NCBI RefSeq assembly: GCF_004010195.1
Contig: NC_057719.1
Location: 2,694,077 to 2,736,014, forward strand
From: Chiloscyllium plagiosum
Lineage: Eukaryota
Length of the DNA: 41,938 bases
Direction: 5' to 3'
Below the pieces are notes generated by a model, which saw only the letters and a program-made list of their open reading frames with translations, made no database searches and was not told where the DNA came from. Positions 1 through 12,640 of the stretch are shown piece after piece (the first letter of the stretch is position 1; each line of letters begins with the position of its first letter). A program made the position numbers and the translations under genes.

Positions 1-559
1 TGTCACACACCTCCTTCTGGAATGTGCCTACGCAGAGGGAGTCTGGAGAGGAATGCAGTGGTGTTTGTCGAGGTTCGTCCCGAGCAGCGCCGTGACGCGG
101 GACTCCATGCTCTACGGCCTGTTCCCCGGGACACACACTGAGACGGACATCAACTGTGCCTGGAGGATCATCAACTCGGTGAAGGACGCTCTCTTGGTGG
201 TCCGAAACCTGCTGATCTTCCAGCTGAAGGAGTTGACCCCGACTGAGTGTTGCAGACTGGCACATTCCAAGGTCCAGGACTACGTGTTGAGGGACGTGCT
301 GAAGCTTGGGGCAGCTGCCGCCAAGGCGCGGTGGGGAAAGACCACCGTCTAACATCTGCCTGCCTAAGAAGAACAGGGGGCCCACGCAGTCATTTGGGCT
401 CCGCTGGCGCCTCAGCTCAATGTAATCGCACCAACCTGTGAATAGGAATGATTACCCTGTTTCGATACGCAAAGAAATGGAATGTTTACAGAAGGATGGC
501 ATGTCCAGTTGTAAAGATCAAATATTTATGAATAAAGTATATTTTTGAAATAAAAAAAA
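1..559 (+). mobile_element. 3' end of Tx1/L1-clade non-LTR retrotransposon (ORF2 C-terminus, 3' UTR, poly(A))
   Basis: Open frame to a stop at 352 (W..INSVKDAL..RN C-terminal pattern), AATAAA at 531-536, A-tail to 559, then an abrupt switch to retroviral pol. Confidence 0.75.
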
Positions 560-1787
560 TATTCTCTCTGACTGCTGCCCCCATCCCCAAAGTTTTCGCT
601 GTTCATTTGGTGAATTTTTTGTCCTCAAAGACACCTTGGCTACCAACACAGCGCTAGGGCACTTGCAGTGTGACAGACCCTTTCAGATGTATGTTAATGT
701 ACCAGATGAATATGCCACTGGTGTCCTAATGCAGCAAAATGGCGACCATCATCGTCCAGTGGCTTATTATTCCACCAAATTGGATCCTGTTGCCTGTGGC
801 CTCCCTCCCTACACCCACCTCCTTACAGATGTCTACTTATTAGTGCAGGCAGCTCCTAATCTGCCCCTCCACCAGCCCATATAGGTATACACTTCGCACT
901 CTATCGTGCCCCTCCTAACATCTCAGCAGACCCAGCACCTGACCCAAGCTCATGTGAGCTGCTACGAGGTCTCGCTGTTACAGGACCCATATCTCTCATT
1001 CCACTACTGTTCCAAGCTTAAATCCTGCTGCGTTTCCTTGAGCAGCCCCCCCGATGACCTTAATGGTCCTCTGCATGACTGTAAGGAATCATTTTCTTAC
1101 TACACCTCGTCCAGATTTAACAGACCTGCCAATTGAGATTCCTTGTTAATGGCAGTTCCTCTGTTTTCCTGGACGGTATCCTGCAATCAGGTTCTGCTAT
1201 TGTCACAGACACTGCTGTTCAGGAGTCAGCTGCCTTCCAGACCCCTGTTTCTGCACACAAAGCTGAGTTTTTTGTCCTCACCAGAGCTTGTATTCTGACC
1301 ACTGATAAAATTGCCAACGGTTACACCGATTCCAGGTATGCATTTGGTACTGCCCATGACTTTGGCAGCAACGAGGCTTCTTTACATCTGCAAGGACTCA
1401 CATTTAGAATGCTCTCTGGGTTAAAAATCTCCTCGATGTTATTCTGCTTCCTTGTCAATTAGCTGTTATTAAATGTACTGCGCACACAAAGGAGGACACT
1501 CCGGTGCAACTAGGAAATGCCCAAGCTGATTCGGCTGCTAAGGAGGTGGCTGTATCAGCTGTTTTGTTGTTCCAACTGATGGGAATCAGGCTCCAAATCA
1601 ATTTGCTACTTTGGGGACAAACAGCATGCCAGATCTAACTGTGATTCAAACTTTACAGACGGACGCCTTTGTATCTGAATGTACACTTTGCAAATCAATG
1701 GGGTGTTCACACTCCTCCACACGAGACTTCTGGCTTACTCTGGTAGGTCAAGTTCGTATTCCTGATTCTTTATTGCCAGTTCTTATC
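560..1787 (+). pseudogene. pol: ERV pol part 1: RT thumb/connection, RNase H, start of integrase region; frameshifted
   Basis: PFQMYV..ATGVLMQ..RPVAYYSTKLDPVACG; SAHKAE..LTRAC; YTDSRYAFG, typical of class I retroviral RNase H. Confidence 0.9.
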
Positions 1788-2800
1788 AGAACATAGAACA
1801 TACAAAAGTACAGCACAGAACAGGCCCTTTTGCCCACGATGTTGTGCCGAGGATTAATCCTAATGTAAAATAAAATAACTTAACCTACGCACCCCTCAAC
1901 TCACTGCTATCTATGTGCATGTCCAGCAGTCGCTTAAATGTCCTTAATGACTCTGCTTCCACCACCACCACTGGCAACGCATTCCATGAATTCACAACTC
2001 TCTGCTTAAAGAACATTCCTCTGACATCCCCTCTATACATTCCTCCTAGTATCTTAAAACTATGACCCCTCATACCAGTCAATCCTGCCCTGGGGAAAAG
2101 TCTCTGGCTATTGACTCTATCTATTCCTCTCATTATCTTGTATATCTCGATCAGGTCACCTCTCTTCCTCCTTCTCTCCAGAGAGAAAAGTCCGAGCTTA
2201 TTCAACCTCTCTTTACAAGGCAAGCCCTCCAGTCCAGGCAGCATCCTGGTAAACCTTCTCTGCACCCTCTCCAAAGCTTCTGTATCTTTCCTTTAGTAGG
2301 GCAACCAGAACTGGACATAATATTCCAAGTATGGTCTCACCAGGGACTTGTGGGGCTGTAGCAAAACCTCACGGCTCTTAAATTTGATGCCCCTGTTAAT
2401 GAAAGCCAAAACACCATATGCTTTCTTAACAACCCTATCCACTTGGGTGGCAACTTTGAGGGATCGATGCAATTGTTCACCAAGATCCCTCTGTTCCTCC
2501 ATACTGCCAAGAATCCTGTCTTTAATCCTATATTCAGCATTCGAGTTCGACCTTCCAAAATGCATCACTTCGCATTTATCCAGTTTGAACTCCATCTGCC
2601 ATTTCTCAGCCCAGCTCTGCATCCTGTCTATGTCGGGCTGCAGCCTGCAGTATCCCTCGATACTATCGACGGCACCTCCAACCTTTGTGTCATTTGCCAA
2701 TTTCCTAACCCATCCCTCAACCTCCTGATCCAAGTCATTTATAAACACTACAAAGAGCAGAGGCCCAAGAACAGAGCCCTGTGGGACTCCACTCAACACT
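1788..2800 (-). mobile_element. 5'-truncated CR1 LINE inserted in ERV pol
   Basis: [29 protein letters not shown]; (ATGTTCT)n tail at 1788; pol reads LLPVL|IDYLHS across the insertion. Confidence 0.92.
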
Positions 2801-3791
2801 ATTGATTACTTGCATTCTTTGTACTCATCTTGGCAAGGAGGGAATGGTATACAGCTACTTTTAAAAACCTGGTGGTATCCGAATTTGAACACAGCAGCTC
2901 AAATGCGGCTAGATTGATGCCTTATCTGCATGAAAAATAACAAGTGTAAGGTCATTAAATGCTCTCCCGGGACTACTCCCTGCCAGCTGGTCTGTATACA
3001 GCTTGATTTTATTAAATTACCTGAAGTACAATGTTATAAATACTATTTTTTGATGATTGATATATTTAGCAAACTGGATTGAAGCCTTCCCCACCACTAA
3101 TTGTACTGCACATATAGTGATGAAAATATTGTTTACTAAAGTTATTCCCCACTTTGGGTTGCCTAAAATGATAAGTTCAGACAATGGACCACATTTTGTG
3201 GCTCGAATCAATACAGAGTTATGTGACTCACTCTCAATTAAACAGCAATTTCACTGCACGTTTTACCTGCAGGCAACAGGGATTGTGGAACGAGCCAACA
3301 GTTTTTTAGAAGAGAAATTATCAAAATTAGTTGAAGAAATGGGGTTAAAATTGGCTCAAAGCATTACTCTTGGCACTACTCACATGCGAGTGACTCCACA
3401 TTCGTGGACTGGACTGTTAGCTACAGAGATAGTTTATGGTCGGCCAATGAAGACTCAGTATGATGCTCATGATTAACCCCGAGAGGATGTAGACATCCAT
3501 GTACTGGATGAGCAAATGCATAACTACTTGAAACAGTTAACTCTTTCTCTAAAGTTTCTTCACTCGCAGGTCGAACAGTTGCATTACCCAGCTGTGGAAG
3601 AAATTATCGCCTCCCAATATCCACGAGTAAACCCAGGGGATTACATGTTGGTCAAAAATTGGGAAAAAAAGAAACCAGGACAACGCTAGTGTGGCCCCTT
3701 TCAAATCTTATTAACAACACCAACCTCAGTCAAAATTGAAGGACACTCAAACTGGGTTCATCTATCCGATTGTAAGAAGACTACTCCTTGA
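2801..3791 (+). pseudogene. pol: ERV integrase (HHCC remnant, DDE core, C-terminal domain)
   Basis: WIEAFP, HFGLPKMISSDNGPHF, QATGIVERAN, GPFQILLTTPTSVKIEG..WVHLSDCK; stop at 3789-3791. Confidence 0.92.
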
Positions 3792-3808
3792 CTAGGAGAA
3801 GACACAGC

Positions 3809-4020
3809 ATGAAGACTTTCTGAAAATTTTTGGACTTTCTGAATTCTTTAACGTAGGTGGACATTTGATACTGAAAAAGCAGCATACTCGAGAACTGCAT
3901 GCAAACACCTGTTTACGGGTGTCATATATGTTTGCTGAAAAATCGGATGTAAGCAAGTGTTGGGTTTGTACCCAACCCAATTCAAGGAAAAGAATACCTC
4001 TCTAACCTCTCCCTTTCTGG
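3809..4020 (+). pseudogene. env: ERV env SU N-terminus
   Basis: Hand translation RELHANTCLRVSYMFAEKSDVSKCWVCTQP; CWVC (CXXC) at 3958-3969; ATG at 3809 is out of frame with this segment. Confidence 0.75.
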
Positions 4021-4021
4021 A

Positions 4022-4523
4022 AGTAAGTTTGCTCACTGAGCTGAAAGGTTCATTTTCAGATGTTTTGTCAGCATACTAGGTAACATCATCCGTGAGCCTC
4101 CGGTGAAGCACTGGTGTTAGTGCCCCGCTTCCTTTTTATGTGTTTCAGTTTCCTTAGATTGCTGATGTAATTTCCTGTGATGATATCATTTCCTGTTGTT
4201 TTTTCTCAGAGGGTGGTAAATGGGGTCCAAGTCAATGCGTTTGTTGATAGAGTTCCGATTGGAATGCCATGTTTCTAAGAATTCTCATGCATGTCTCTGT
4301 TTGACTTGTCCTAGGATGGACGTGTTGTCCCAGTCGAAGTCGTGTCCTTCCTCATCCATATGTAAGGATACTATTAAGAGTGGGTCATGTCTTTTTGTGG
4401 CAAGTTGATGTTCATGTATTTTGGTGGCTAGTTTTCTGCCTGTTTGTCCGATGTAATGTTTGTTACAGTTCTTTCACGGTATTTTGTAAATGACATTAGT
4501 TTTGCTTCTTGTCTGTGTAGGGG
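4022..4523 (-). mobile_element. Poseidon-type Penelope-like element fragment (GIY-YIG and pLTR)
   Basis: Reverse complement matches about 23340-23815; degenerate hammerhead at about 4053-4096. Confidence 0.85.
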
Positions 4524-4980
4524 CTTTCCAAACAAATTGATTTACATGGCCTCAGCATTGGAATTCCTGGCAAATGAAACACCTTTAGAAGCCAGGGCAA
4601 CTGGACAAGCACTGGCTGAGGTCACAGCTGAGCTGGTGGCTGTCTGGACCATGGCATTACAAAATCGACTGGTTTTGGATTATCAGCTGGCCTCACAGGG
4701 AGGACCATGCGCTGCTGTAGGCCAGGAGTGCTGTACTTACATTCCAGATGCCTCTGAGAATATCACCAACCTGGCTGACCATCTTAAGCAACATGCTGAT
4801 CAAATACAAAAGATTGACAGGGAGTTCCATGACTATAACCCACCGGATAGGTTAGGCTGGTTGGGTCACTGAGTGTTTCATTGGATCTTTAAGTGCTTTT
4901 TACTGATATTAATATTGCTAGTTGGAATAGGATTGCTTGTGCCAAAGTATTTTCAATTAAATTTTTAATATACCTGTACA
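4524..4980 (+). pseudogene. env: ERV env TM subunit, gamma-type
   Basis: Immunosuppressive domain LQNRLVLDYQLASQGG from 4657, CX6CC at 4708-4734, hydrophobic stretch after the stop at 4872. Confidence 0.92.
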
Positions 4981-4995
4981 ACTGGCTGTCATGAC

Positions 4996-5015
4996 AAAAG
5001 TTGGGGGCGGGGAAT
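4996..5015 (+). other. Polypurine tract of ERV
   Basis: AAAAGTTGGGGGCGGGGAAT immediately before TG, downstream of env. Confidence 0.7.
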
Positions 5016-5577
5016 TGTGTGAAACAGATAGTTGCATGATAGGAAAAACTGGCCAACCCCTGGTTCTAATACAAGTTAAGACTATAGCAAAGATGAAAAC
5101 ATTACTAACTTCAGCAGGACTTGATGTAGACTAAGTCCATGTAAATTCTTTGACCTTGGTAGACCTCATCAGAGATTGATTAGCTGGATCCACATAAATT
5201 CTGGGATACTGACTAAGTTCAAGTAGGGACACTCCCCAGAATCCTCTGAACCCCCAAACAAGGATGGTTATGGGATGTCGCATGTAGCACATTTTGGGAA
5301 GTCAACATGATAAACATTGGAAGTAATAACACAGATCACAATTCAATGTAGTGTTCTAATGGAAGATGAACCTCTCGTGATAGTTATTGATAGCTATTGT
5401 TAAGTTTTAAGTATAAAGATTCCTGCTTTTCTCTCTATAAGCTGTGAGAGACTGAGAGCTGTCAGCAATCCCTCTCTCTCTTCCAAGTTCAGCCATCTGC
5501 ATGCAGCTTCCTTGTTAATAAGACTAACTGTTTGTTGGAACAAGGTTTGTAGAGTATTGTCGATTTTAGCTCTCACA
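5016..5577 (+). repeat. ERV 3' LTR
   Basis: TGTGTGA...TCTCACA termini, TATAAA at 5412-5417, AATAAG variant signal at 5517-5522; right end tentative. Confidence 0.6.
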
Positions 5578-5589
5578 GTCCTATAGCTA

Positions 5590-6525
5590 TTGTTCATCTA
5601 TTTCTACACCTTGCCCTGCTCTGGTAGCATTACGCAGGGAACATTCCTTCTGGGACATGTGGTCCACTCCCCCTCCGTTATCAACCATCCCCATATCATG
5701 TTCCCATCGAACTGCAGAAGGTATAACAGCTGGCTGCTTATCTCCTCCCTTGTCACTACCAAGGCCCCAAACAAACCTTCCAGTGAAGCAACAATTTTCC
5801 TGCACTTCAATCAATCCAGTTTAATCAATTTGCTGTTCACTGTGTGGTCTCCTCTACATTGGGGTAATACATTTGAATGACTGTTTTGCAGTACACTTAT
5901 AATCTGTCAGTATAAATGACCATGAGGTTCCAGCCACTTGCCATTTCAACACATGACCGTGTTCTCATGTCAACATTTCTGTCATAGGCCTCTGCAGTGC
6001 TGCAGTGAGCCTCAGTGCCAGCTCCAAGAACAACATTTTCGGCTTGGAGACCCTGCAGCCTCTTGGACTCAATACTGAGTTCAATAACTTTACCCACCCT
6101 CACACTTGGTCCTGACATAGCATGAATTGCTTTCAGCACAGCCAGCCCATTCCCACTCACTCTTAGTCCTATTATCACATGGTATGGATTGCTTTCAGCA
6201 CGGCCTATCCATTCTCTCCTATCTCAGCTCTCATTATCACTATTCAGCTTTTTTGTCCCGGCCTACAATCATCCCCACGACCCTTTCATATTTCTCTCTG
6301 CCTGGGTCCCATCTCCATCAATCTGCTCACATTTGCTCCCAGCCGCTCCTCAACTTCACCTTCAGTATACATGCAATTTTTCTTGCTGTTTTTAGTTCTG
6401 ATGAAGGATCATTGGACTCGAAATGTTAACTCTACTTTCTCCCCAGTTGCTGCCAGACCTGTTGAGTTGCACTAGCAATTTCAGTTTTTCATTCAGATAT
6501 CCAGCATTCACAGTTCTTTATTTTA
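5590..6525 (+). mobile_element. Old Neptune-type Penelope-like element, 3' part
   Basis: Decayed similarity to 31700-32190 (CGLLYIG); terminus with hammerhead CTGATGA..CGAAATGTT at 6395-6430. Confidence 0.7.
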
Positions 6526-6773
6526 TTTCAACATTTACCCAGTCCTTCACTATCAGAAATGTAATGCAGGATCTCTCTGCCCTGCAAGCTCAATAAATAA
6601 AACCAACCACGCAGCAAAATCATATGAAGACCATTGTTTACAAGTCACAAAGCCTTATTTTAGACATGTATCACTCTTCCTACTTAACCAATGGTTAAAT
6701 TACTGGAAACTACACAAACAGCATCAGTAAAAGGAATGTAGGCAAGATCTGCCACAACCTTTATGGACAAATT

Positions 6774-6850
6774 TCATTCCGTAAACTTGAATGAGTTGCT
6801 TGATAACATCAGGGTTGAACAGCCTCCAAAGAACAGATTTTTTTCTCTTC
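6774..6850 (-). other. Candidate last exon of unidentified gene
   Basis: Acceptor ctacaacag; two usable frames (GREKNLFFGG..KFTE* or KRKKSVLWRLFNPDVIKQLIQ..). Confidence 0.4.
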
Positions 6851-7629
6851 CTGTTGTAGCATGAGCAAAGGTGCGACAAGAAGAAGAATATGGCATGCAA
6901 AAAAAAAATCTGCTTCTCAATATCAAGAAGCATTTTCTGACTCTTTTTCTCAAGTTGTAAATGGCAAATATAGATTGTCACCCTTGAGTGGCAAACACCT
7001 TATTTCCAAACATTTGCAACACACTAAAACCCCAAATTGCCTCACTTGTATGCACTTCCAATTCTCTCCTCCAAGAAACCAGTTAGCAAAAATACCCAAT
7101 GTGTAAATAGATACCAAACAGCTGCAGCTTGCTAAATACTTATTCTAGCCATCATTCAACCATTTCTTTAAATTAACATTCCTGCATGCTCGATGGTCAC
7201 CACCATCTTCCTTAATCCCTCATCCACACAAGTCAACATCGACACACTACCAGTCTACCACATCACACCTGTTCACAGATCAACTCAAACACACTCCAAC
7301 ACTTTAATGTTCAAAGATACCTATAACTTGCATTCTTCCTCCTGTAAAATTGTGTAACATTCAGGGACCCATACTTCTCAAGCATCTTCACAGGATACAA
7401 TTCATGGTTCGATAATTGCTTTCTTGGCACCCATTTACTTTACAGCTTTCTTGGAGGCTGCTATCCCTCAGTTGTGTCACACTGCTTTCTTAGCACACAG
7501 GGCTTTATAGACTGTAGTTTGTATCATTTTTTAGTGCCGCAGGAGAGGCAGACAACTTGTAATGTTGGGGAAGACTGAACAGTGAATGTATGATCAAGGG
7601 GTAGACATGATGCTTTAAACCATTCCATT

Positions 7630-8170
7630 AGGGTGAATACACTTTTAGAATACTGCATATAATTCTGGTCTCCCTACTACAGTAAAGATGCTGTTAAACT
7701 TGAGAGGGTGCAAAAAAGATTTACATGTTAATGGACTACAGGAATTGTGCTGTACGGAATTGTACGGAAAGCCTGAACAGACTGGGGCTATTTTCCCTAT
7801 AGTGTTGGAGGCTGAGGGATGACCTTATAGAGGTTTATAAAATCATGAGGGGCATGGATAAGGTGAAAAGGCAAGGTCTCTTTTCTAGGCTAGGGAAGCC
7901 AAAACTAGAGAGCACAGCTTTAAGGTGAGAAGGGAAATATTTAAAAAGGACTTGAGGGCTACAGTTTTCATGCAGCTGTTGGTGTGTGTATGGAATGAGC
8001 TGCCAAAGGAAGTGGTACAGATGGGTACAAATACAATAGTAAAAGGCATCTGGACAAGTACATGAATAGGAAAGGTTAGAGGGATATGGGCTAAATGCTG
8101 GCAAGTGGGACCAGATCAGTTTACGATAAGTTGGACTGAACGTTCTGTTTCCATGCTATATAACTCCATG
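7630..8170 (+). mobile_element. CR1 LINE 3' fragment
   Basis: Decayed LERVQKRF / DLIEVYKIMRGMD coding and CR1 3' UTR. Confidence 0.85.
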
Positions 8171-8975
8171 TCAAAGTCAGGCATGCAGCACGTGAAAAGA
8201 GTTTACACAGCAAATATACTGCATATCTTTCAAGCAAATTGCGATGCGCAAACGTCAAAGGGACAGCAGTCCTTAGTCAGATAAAGGGGAAATCACAGAA
8301 GTTCACAGGATGGTGCCACAAGTCAGTGAAGTCATCCAATTATACTACAAGGGATTGGCCGCTGTTAGTCAGGCACTTGGTCCTACTACAGTCTGGCTTC
8401 AAAAATCCTGCAGTTCAGGGATCAGGCCAGTCATTTCTGCGGGTCAAATGTAACTGGTTAGAGGATGACAGGTATGTCAGTCTGCTAGTACAGTTCAGAC
8501 TCCAATCTGGGAGGTGGCCATTTTTTCCTTCAATGAACTGTCGGGAGGAAGTGAATATGACAGAAGAGATATTAGTGGTAATGCATGAGCAGCAAAGTTG
8601 GTAAAGTATTTTCAGTAAGTGAGTAGAATGTATAGAGAGCAGGGGGTTTAGCAGTTTAAAAGGACGAGGTGGGTGAGAGTTTTTTTAATAACATGATACA
8701 TGCAATATTGAGATATGTAGTCCATGAGACTTGGTGAGATGTGCTTGCAGTGACAGAGTTAAAAGTATGTGCCAGTTTTGTGAATCTGATTTAGCAGGCA
8801 AATTCTTGCACCCCCCACAGAACGCAGAAGCTCACTGCTCTACCTACAAATGCAGGAATTTCACTGACCCAATTTTTCACTGCAATTTCATTCCAGGCTG
8901 ATTTGGTCTGGTGGCGTGTCAGCTGGAAAAATAATTACCCTCTACACTACCCCTTCCACCAACACCTGTAGGCAC

Positions 8976-9098
8976 CTTTCCTGTAGAGATTTCTTTCCTT
9001 TCCTGTGAGCCATGTCTTTGGTAATAATAGTTGAGCACCAGATTGTGAGGGCCAGCTGGGCTTTAAATATGGTGTCAGCAACTTGATCTTTGAGAGAT
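8976..9098 (-). other. Candidate exon (123 bp)
   Basis: gctgttag acceptor, AAG|GTGCCT donor (weak), two open frames. Confidence 0.45.
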
Positions 9099-9310
9099 CT
9101 AACAGCAACAACTTCTTTCGTCTCTCTGGCCCCACAATTTCATGAGGAAGATGCAGTTGCATAAGTAATTAGGTGAAGAGTGGAAGATTTTATGAGTGAA
9201 GTCATTCCACGACATCCAAACATTCTCGGTACTATGATTTTCAATGGACATAACGCTTTAATTGCAAATAGTAAAATTTTGTAGTACAGCTTTTATCCAA
9301 TCAATTAATT

Positions 9311-9644
9311 TAGTTAGAATCCCTGCAGTGTGGAAAGAGGCCCTTCTGTCCAACAAGTCCACACCAACACCCTAAAGAGTAACCCACCCAGATCCATTCC
9401 CTTATTTCTCTACATTTCCCCTGACTAATCCACCGAGCACTAAGGGCAATTTTTAGCATGGCCAATCCATCTAAACTGCACATCTTTGGATTGCGGAAGG
9501 AAACCGGAGCACCCGGAGGAAATCCACACAGACATGGGGAGAATGTGCAAGCTCCACACAGACAGTCACCCAAGGCTGGAATCAAACCCAGGTATCTGGT
9601 GCTGTGAGGCTGAAGTGTTAACCACTGAGCCACCATGCCGCCCC
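9311..9644 (-). mobile_element. tRNA-derived HE1-like SINE
   Basis: A box TGGCTCAGTGG, B box GGTTTGATTCC, CR1-like tail. Confidence 0.88.
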
Positions 9645-9877
9645 CTGAATTTTAACAGTAGTCATGTAAAAGGTTTGAGGGGAATGAGACAACTAATTCA
9701 AAGTAATAGCGATCAGGCAGTTCTGAAATCTTTCATATTTTATTTACAACACAATCAAAAAATTATGGAAATAACTCTGTAGTTAACTAGCTTAGCTAAA
9801 AGTCATTTGTGACAAATCAATAAGAATATTTCTTTCTCAAAGTGAGGAATTGTATGAAATCGTACTATTCAAAATAC

Positions 9878-9926
9878 CATAAGAGTTTTGAGGACATTGG
9901 GGAGAAAAGCTGTTTTTTCTCTCCCT
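9878..9926 (-). other. Candidate exon (49 bp)
   Basis: ttatttttccag acceptor, ATG|GTATTT donor. Confidence 0.45.
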
Positions 9927-10027
9927 CTGGAAAAATAACAGAAATAATCGCGAATAGTTTAAGACCAAGATAAAAAGGATAATGGTCCCAAAGATGGTGC
10001 TTCCAAACAATACACAGACCACTCGAC

Positions 10028-10117
10028 CCTATTGCCACTCCTAAACTGGTCTTTTAGAATGTTTTGTAACATCTTAGTTATATAGGTTTGTAGCAGAGGT
10101 TTCTGACATATGGCAAA
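10028..10117 (-). other. Candidate exon (90 bp)
   Basis: atttttcag acceptor, single open frame FAICQKPLLQTYITKMLQNILKDQFRSGNR, weak donor GTCGAG. Confidence 0.35.
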
Positions 10118-10450
10118 CTGAAAAATGACCTTGAGACACAGTAAAGGACAAAGGGGACATGACGCCTTTGATATCTGCCTTACAGTCAAAAGCTGGAGTT
10201 TTCTGTACATGTGATTGACACTGAATGAATAATCAGCTCCTGAAAATAAATTATATTAATGCACGTGCGGGGATTGTTATGGCACTCTTTGCTTACTAGA
10301 AGATGACCAAGAAAGAGCTTCCTAATATGTTCATGAACTTGAGACAAAGAACAATGAGAAGGCTACTGCAATCAGACATGCTCAAGTTACGAATGAAGAG
10401 ACCAGCAATATCTATCCTTTCACTGTCTGGGATAAGTAAACCCCTCTCAC

Positions 10451-10477
10451 CTGTTGCAGATCATCTGTTTTTGGCAT
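10451..10477 (-). other. Candidate microexon (27 or 14 bp)
   Basis: Strong donor CAG|GTGAGA; two possible AG acceptors (10478-79, 10465-66). Confidence 0.3.
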
Positions 10478-10649
10478 CTGTTTAGGGGTATGCACCATAT
10501 TCAAATTGATGCTTTTTAATAAACTACTTAATAAATTACTTTACAATCACTGATTTTGATGCTTTTTTAAAATCATTTTTGATTCACAGAATCAAAACTG
10601 TTAAAACTGGTTTCAGAACTGGGATTTCACAGTAGTCGAGACATAATAC

Positions 10650-10726
10650 GTTTCAAATTGGAGAATTGAGAGCTGAGCAAACTATTATAATCTGTGACAT
10701 CCATCAAAGCTGCTCTGCAACTGACC
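10650..10726 (-). other. Candidate exon (77 bp)
   Basis: ctcctttttagcag acceptor; only open frame VSCRAALMDVTDYNSLLSSQFSNLK. Confidence 0.35.
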
Positions 10727-11046
10727 CTGCTAAAAAGGAGTCCCAGGTTTCTGTCAAAAATCTAATACCACACTAAAGAAAGATGTCAAATGCTAAACCT
10801 GAGTAATCTCACGAAAATATACCAAATGAATGGAGTTTGAAGTAAGCAAGAGTGATGAACAGTCCATTATAGCAGCAGTGATTCTGTTCTCTGAATAAGA
10901 TGCTATTAAAGGTAGAGTGTCTAAAAAGTTGGAGGTAAAAATAGGAACTGATGCAGTTCTAACCAAGTTTGAAGGTCAATGTGAATTTGGCATTGATTAA
11001 ATAAATAGATTTTAGCTGCTAATTCAAGGACTCAAAGAAAATTTAC

Positions 11047-11067
11047 CTGAAGTTTAACAGAAAAATA
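11047..11067 (-). other. Candidate microexon (21 bp, YFSVKLQ)
   Basis: ctactacag acceptor, CAG|GTAAAT donor, phase 0/0. Confidence 0.35.
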
Positions 11068-11397
11068 CTGTAGTAGCATGGATTGGGAAGGAACAAACCA
11101 GCGACAGGAGACGAAAAATGCACTCAATTTTCCCTCATGATGCACCGTGTTTCAAATCAAACCGCACTCAACTAGCAGTCGAATCCAAAAACGTTAATGT
11201 CTGTTGTAACCAATACACCAATATTCAGCATTAAAATATAGCCAGAATCTAAGTTACGAGTCAGCTTATGGAGCATGGAAAATCAAATAATCCATAAAAA
11301 AGGTGTTGATCGAAGTTGTGAAAATAACTACACAAGCATATAGGAAGATGCTGTTTTACTTAATTTACCATATTGCAAGATATGCATTCCCATTTAC

Positions 11398-11488
11398 CTT
11401 TTTCCCTTCCCTTGCATACTTCAAGGAATGAAATAATGTGGATCTTGGAAGCAACACATAAGAACATAAAGAAACAATTATTTCTTGG
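11398..11488 (-). other. Candidate exon (91 bp)
   Basis: tttcttcag acceptor, AAG|GTAAAT donor, phase 2 entry matches the exon at 14726-14818. Confidence 0.5.
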
Positions 11489-12605
11489 CTGAAGAAATGT
11501 GTCAGGATTGTAAACCCTGGGATCAATCTGTATACCAAGTAAACATTTAGCTTGATGGTAGAGGTGTCAAAATGAGAAATAGACAGTGTATTGTCTCCGC
11601 CTGCTCCTGCCCCACCGAACTCATCTCCGCATACCTTGACACCTACATTCGGGACACCACCCATGCCCTCCACCTGCTCCATGATTTTTGCTTCCCCGGA
11701 CCCCAACGCCTTATTTTCACCATGGACATCCAGTCCCTGTACACCTCCATCCCCCATCACGAAGGACTCAAAGCCCTCCGCTTCTTCCTTTCCCGCCGTA
11801 CCGACCAGTACCCTTCCACTGACACCCTCCTTCGACTGACGGAACTGGTCCTCACCCTGAACAACTTCTCTTTCCAATCCTCCCACTTCCTCCAAACGAA
11901 AGGAGTAGCCATGGGCACCCGCATGGGGCCCAGCTATGCCTGCCTCTTCGTAGGATATGTGGAACAATCCATCTTCCGCAACTACACTGGCCCCAACCCC
12001 CACCTTTTCCTCCGCTACATCGATGACTGTATCGGCGCCGCCTCGTGCTCACACGAGGAGGTNNNNNNNNNNNNNNNNNNNNNNNNNNNNNNNNNNNNNN
12101 NNNNNNNNNNNNNNNNNNNNNNNNNNNNNNNNNNNNNNNNNNNNNNNNNNNNNNNNNNNNNNNNNNNNNNNNNNNNNNNNNNNNNNNNNNNNNNNNNNNN
12201 NNNNNNNNNNNNNNNNNNNNNNNNNNNNNNNNNNNNNNNNNNNNNNNNNNNNNNNNNNNNNNNNNNNNNNNNNNNNNNNNNNNNNNNNNNNNNNNNNNNN
12301 NNNNNNNNNNNNNNNNNNNNNNNNNNNNNNNNNNNNNNNNNNNNNNNNNNNNNNNNNNNNNNNNNNNNNNNNNNNNNNNNNNNNNNNNNNNNNNNNNNNN
12401 NNNNNNNNNNNNNNNNNNNNNNNNNNNNNNNNNNNNNNNNNNNNNNNNNNNNNNNNNNNNNNNNNNNNNNNNNNNNNNNNNNNNNNNNNNNNNNNNNNNN
12501 NNNNNNNNNNNNNNNNNNNNNNNNNNNNNNNNNNNNNNNNNNNNNNNNNNNAAATGTGTTGCTGGAAAAGCGCAGCAGGTCAGGCAGCATCCAGGGAACA
12601 GGAGA

Positions 12606-12640
12606 ATCGACGTTTCGGGCATAAGCCCTTCTTCAGGAAT
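12606..12640 (-). ncRNA. Minimal type I hammerhead ribozyme motif
   Basis: Minus strand reads CUGAAGA A GGGC UUAU GCCC GAAA CGUC. Confidence 0.75.

Noticed and set aside
4444..4872. env ORF as a domesticated syncytin-like gene
   Set aside because: N-terminus is antisense Penelope sequence, SU is mostly missing and there is a stop before the anchor
5390..5594. 12-bp repeat ATAGCTATTGTT at 5390 and 5583 as a possible TSD
   Set aside because: The enclosed sequence holds the LTR TATA and poly(A)-like signals and no element hallmarks; it does make the LTR end uncertain
6127..6240. Imperfect tandem duplication of about 61 bp
   Set aside because: Two diverged units inside a Penelope 3' region; not CRISPR-like
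8239..8604. 121-aa plus-strand ORF
   Set aside because: TTG start, no motif; possibly antisense to a decayed L2 remnant
9570..9644. tRNA-like A and B boxes
   Set aside because: SINE head, not a tRNA gene
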